A stretch of 64,000 bases of DNA from assembly GCF_018350175.1 (NCBI RefSeq), contig NC_058368.1, positions 131,194,001 through 131,258,000 on the forward strand. Direction: 5' to 3'. The notes beneath the pieces are model-generated. The model had not been told where the DNA came from. It did not search any database and was given only the letters and a program-made list of their open reading frames with translations. A program made the position numbers and the translations under genes. Below, piece by piece: positions 61,894 to 64,000 of this stretch. The stretch is from Felis catus (Eukaryota). Numbering within the stretch: position 1 is the first letter of the stretch; each line of letters begins with the position of its first letter.

Positions 61894-62114
61894 TTTTTTA
61901 ATTTTTTTTTCAACGTTTATTTATTTTTGGGACAGAGAGAGACAGCATGAACGGGGGAGGGGCAGAGAGAGAGGGAGACACAGAATCGGAAACAGGCTCC
62001 AGGCTCTGAGCCATCATCAGCCCATAGCCCGACGTGGGGCTCGAACTCCCGGACCGCGAGATCGTGACCTGGCTGAAGTCGGACGCTTAACCGACTGCGC
62101 CATCCGGGCGCCCC
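61894..62114 (-). mobile_element. Young felid SINE in L1
   Basis: CpG-rich; TSD GCCTTTTT at 61886-61893 and 62115-62122. Confidence 0.95.
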
Positions 62115-64000
62115 GCCTTTTTGTTTTATTAATGGGTTCCTTTGGTATGAAAAAGCTTTTGTTTTGCTGTAGTTCCAGTAGTTTATTTTTGCTTTTGTTT
62201 ATCTTGCCTGAGGAAACCTATCTATTAAAAAATGTTGCTAACACTGATGTTCAGGAGATTACTACCTATATTTCCTAGTAGAAATTTTATGGGTTTTGGT
62301 CTTACATTTAGGCCTTTAATCCATTTTGAGTTTATTTTTGTGTATGATGTAAGAAAATGGCCCGGTTTAATTCTTTTGCATGTAGATACCCAGTTTTCTC
62401 TGCCTCATTTATTGAAGAAACTGTCCTTTACCAATTACATATTCTTGCCTCCCCATAGTAATAGATTAATTTGACCATATAGGCATGGGTTTATTTCCTG
62501 TTCTGTTAATCAATGTGTCTATTTTTGTGCCAGCATGGTACTGTTTTGATTGGTTTAGCTTTGTAATGTGGATTAAATCTGGGATTATGATGTCTCCAGC
62601 ATTGTTCTTTTTAAGATTCCTTTCACCATTGAGGTTTGTTTGTTTGTTTGTTTGTTTGTGGTTCCTTGCAAATTTTAGGATTATTTGTTCCAGTTCTGTG
62701 ACAAAAGCTATTGGTTTTTGATAGGGATTACACTGAATCTGTAGACTGCTTTGGGTAATATGGACATTTTAGCAATACTGGTGCTCTGAATTTTTGAGCA
62801 TGGTATATCTTTGCGTTGTGTAGTTTTCAATTTCTTTCATAAATACCTGATAGTTTTCAGAGTGTAAGTCTTTTACCTCCTTGGTTAAATGTATTCCTAG
62901 GTATATTATTATTTGTGGTGTAACCATGAATGAGATTGTCTTCTTAATTTCTTTTTCTGCTAGTTCATTATTAATGCACAGAAAAGCAATCGATTTCTGA
63001 ATGTTAATTTGGTATCCTGAAATTTTACTGAATTCATTGATCAATTCTGATAGTTTTTTGGTTGAGTCTTTAGGGTTTTCTACATAGAGTAACATGTTGT
63101 TTGCAAAGAGTGATAGGTTTACTTGTGAGTTATCTATTTGGAGAACTTTTAATTTTTAGGTGATTGCTACAGCTAGAACTTCCAGTACTATGTTAAATAA
63201 ATGTGGTGAGAGTAGACATCCTTATCTTGCTCGTAATCTTAGAGGAAAATCTCTCAGTGTTCCACTATTGAGTATGATAATAGTTTTGGGTTTTTCATAT
63301 ATTGTCTTTATTATGTTGAGGTATATGCCTCTAAACCCACTTTGTTGAGAGTTCTTATCATGTACAGCTGTTGGATTTTTGTCCAATGAATTCTTTTTGC
63401 ATCTATTGAGATGTACAGTTTTTGATGGATTGTAATGTGTTGTATCATATTGATTGACTCTTGAATATTGAACCAAGCTTACATCCCTGGAATGAATAAC
63501 ATGTGATCATGGTGAATGATCCTTTTAATGTATTGTTGAATTAAGTTTGCTAATATTTTGTGGAGGATCTTTTTGTCTATGTTCATCAGATATATTGACA
63601 TGTAGTTTTTTTGTTTGTTTGTCATTGCCTTTATCCGGTTTTGCTACACAGCATAATGCTGGCCTTATAGAATGAATTGGGAAGTTTCCTTCCTCTTCTA
63701 TTTTTCGTAATAGTTTGAGAAGAATAGGTATTAATTCTTTCATAAGTGTTGGGTAGAATTCACCTGTGAAGCCATTTAGTCCTAGCCATTGGTTTGTTGG
63801 GGTGTTTTGATTACTAATTCAAACTGATTACCAGTAATTGGTCTGTTCAGTTTCAAAAGATTGTATGTTTCTAAGAATTTACCCATTTCCTCTAGGTTGT
63901 CCAATTTATTGGCATATAATTTTTCATAATCTTACAATCTTCTGTATTTCTGTGGTGTCCATTATGTCTCATTCATTTCTGACTTTACTTATTTGAGGGT

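Larger units (their letters stand above)
60455..64000 (-). mobile_element. L1MA9/L1_Carn-like L1, runs off the window end
   Basis: 3'UTR TGAAGTATAATTGACATAC; ORF2 peptides [55 protein letters not shown] decayed to FANN; many frameshifts. Confidence 0.92.

Noticed and set aside
800..62114. Recurrent ORFs of the type MAQSVKRPTSAQVMIS... and ...EREGDTESEAGSRL
   Set aside because: These are reading frames of Can-SINEs, not a gene family.
800..62114. Dispersed near-identical repeats as a CRISPR-like array or tRNA genes
   Set aside because: Irregular spacing, both orientations, CT tracts, A-tails and TSDs identify them as tRNA-derived SINEs.

Overview
Felid (cat-family) nuclear DNA, judged from about 46 felid-type Can-SINEs and carnivore/felid L1s. 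It is intergenic or deep intronic. I find no confident protein-coding exon, RNA gene or CRISPR-like array. The recognisable ORFs in the six-frame track are SINE or L1 reading frames and the rest look like chance ORFs. Roughly half the window is transposon-derived: a young 5'-inverted L1 (8.55-10.97 kb), older L1s, several MaLR/ERVL LTRs, a decayed ERVL provirus with readable RT and RNase H motifs (53.9-56.9 kb), MIR/L2/CR1 relics and hAT MITEs. The most notable items are an unassigned poly(A)-tailed micro-retrocopy at 34.1 kb, a candidate promoter/first exon at 45.4 kb, a twin-primed L1, a multi-layer nested-insertion record, and a few motif-dense unique segments that may be enhancers. I do not see evidence for a new biological system. 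Repeat family names come from recalled consensus sequences and need Dfam/RepeatMasker confirmation. Boundaries of old repeats are approximate.
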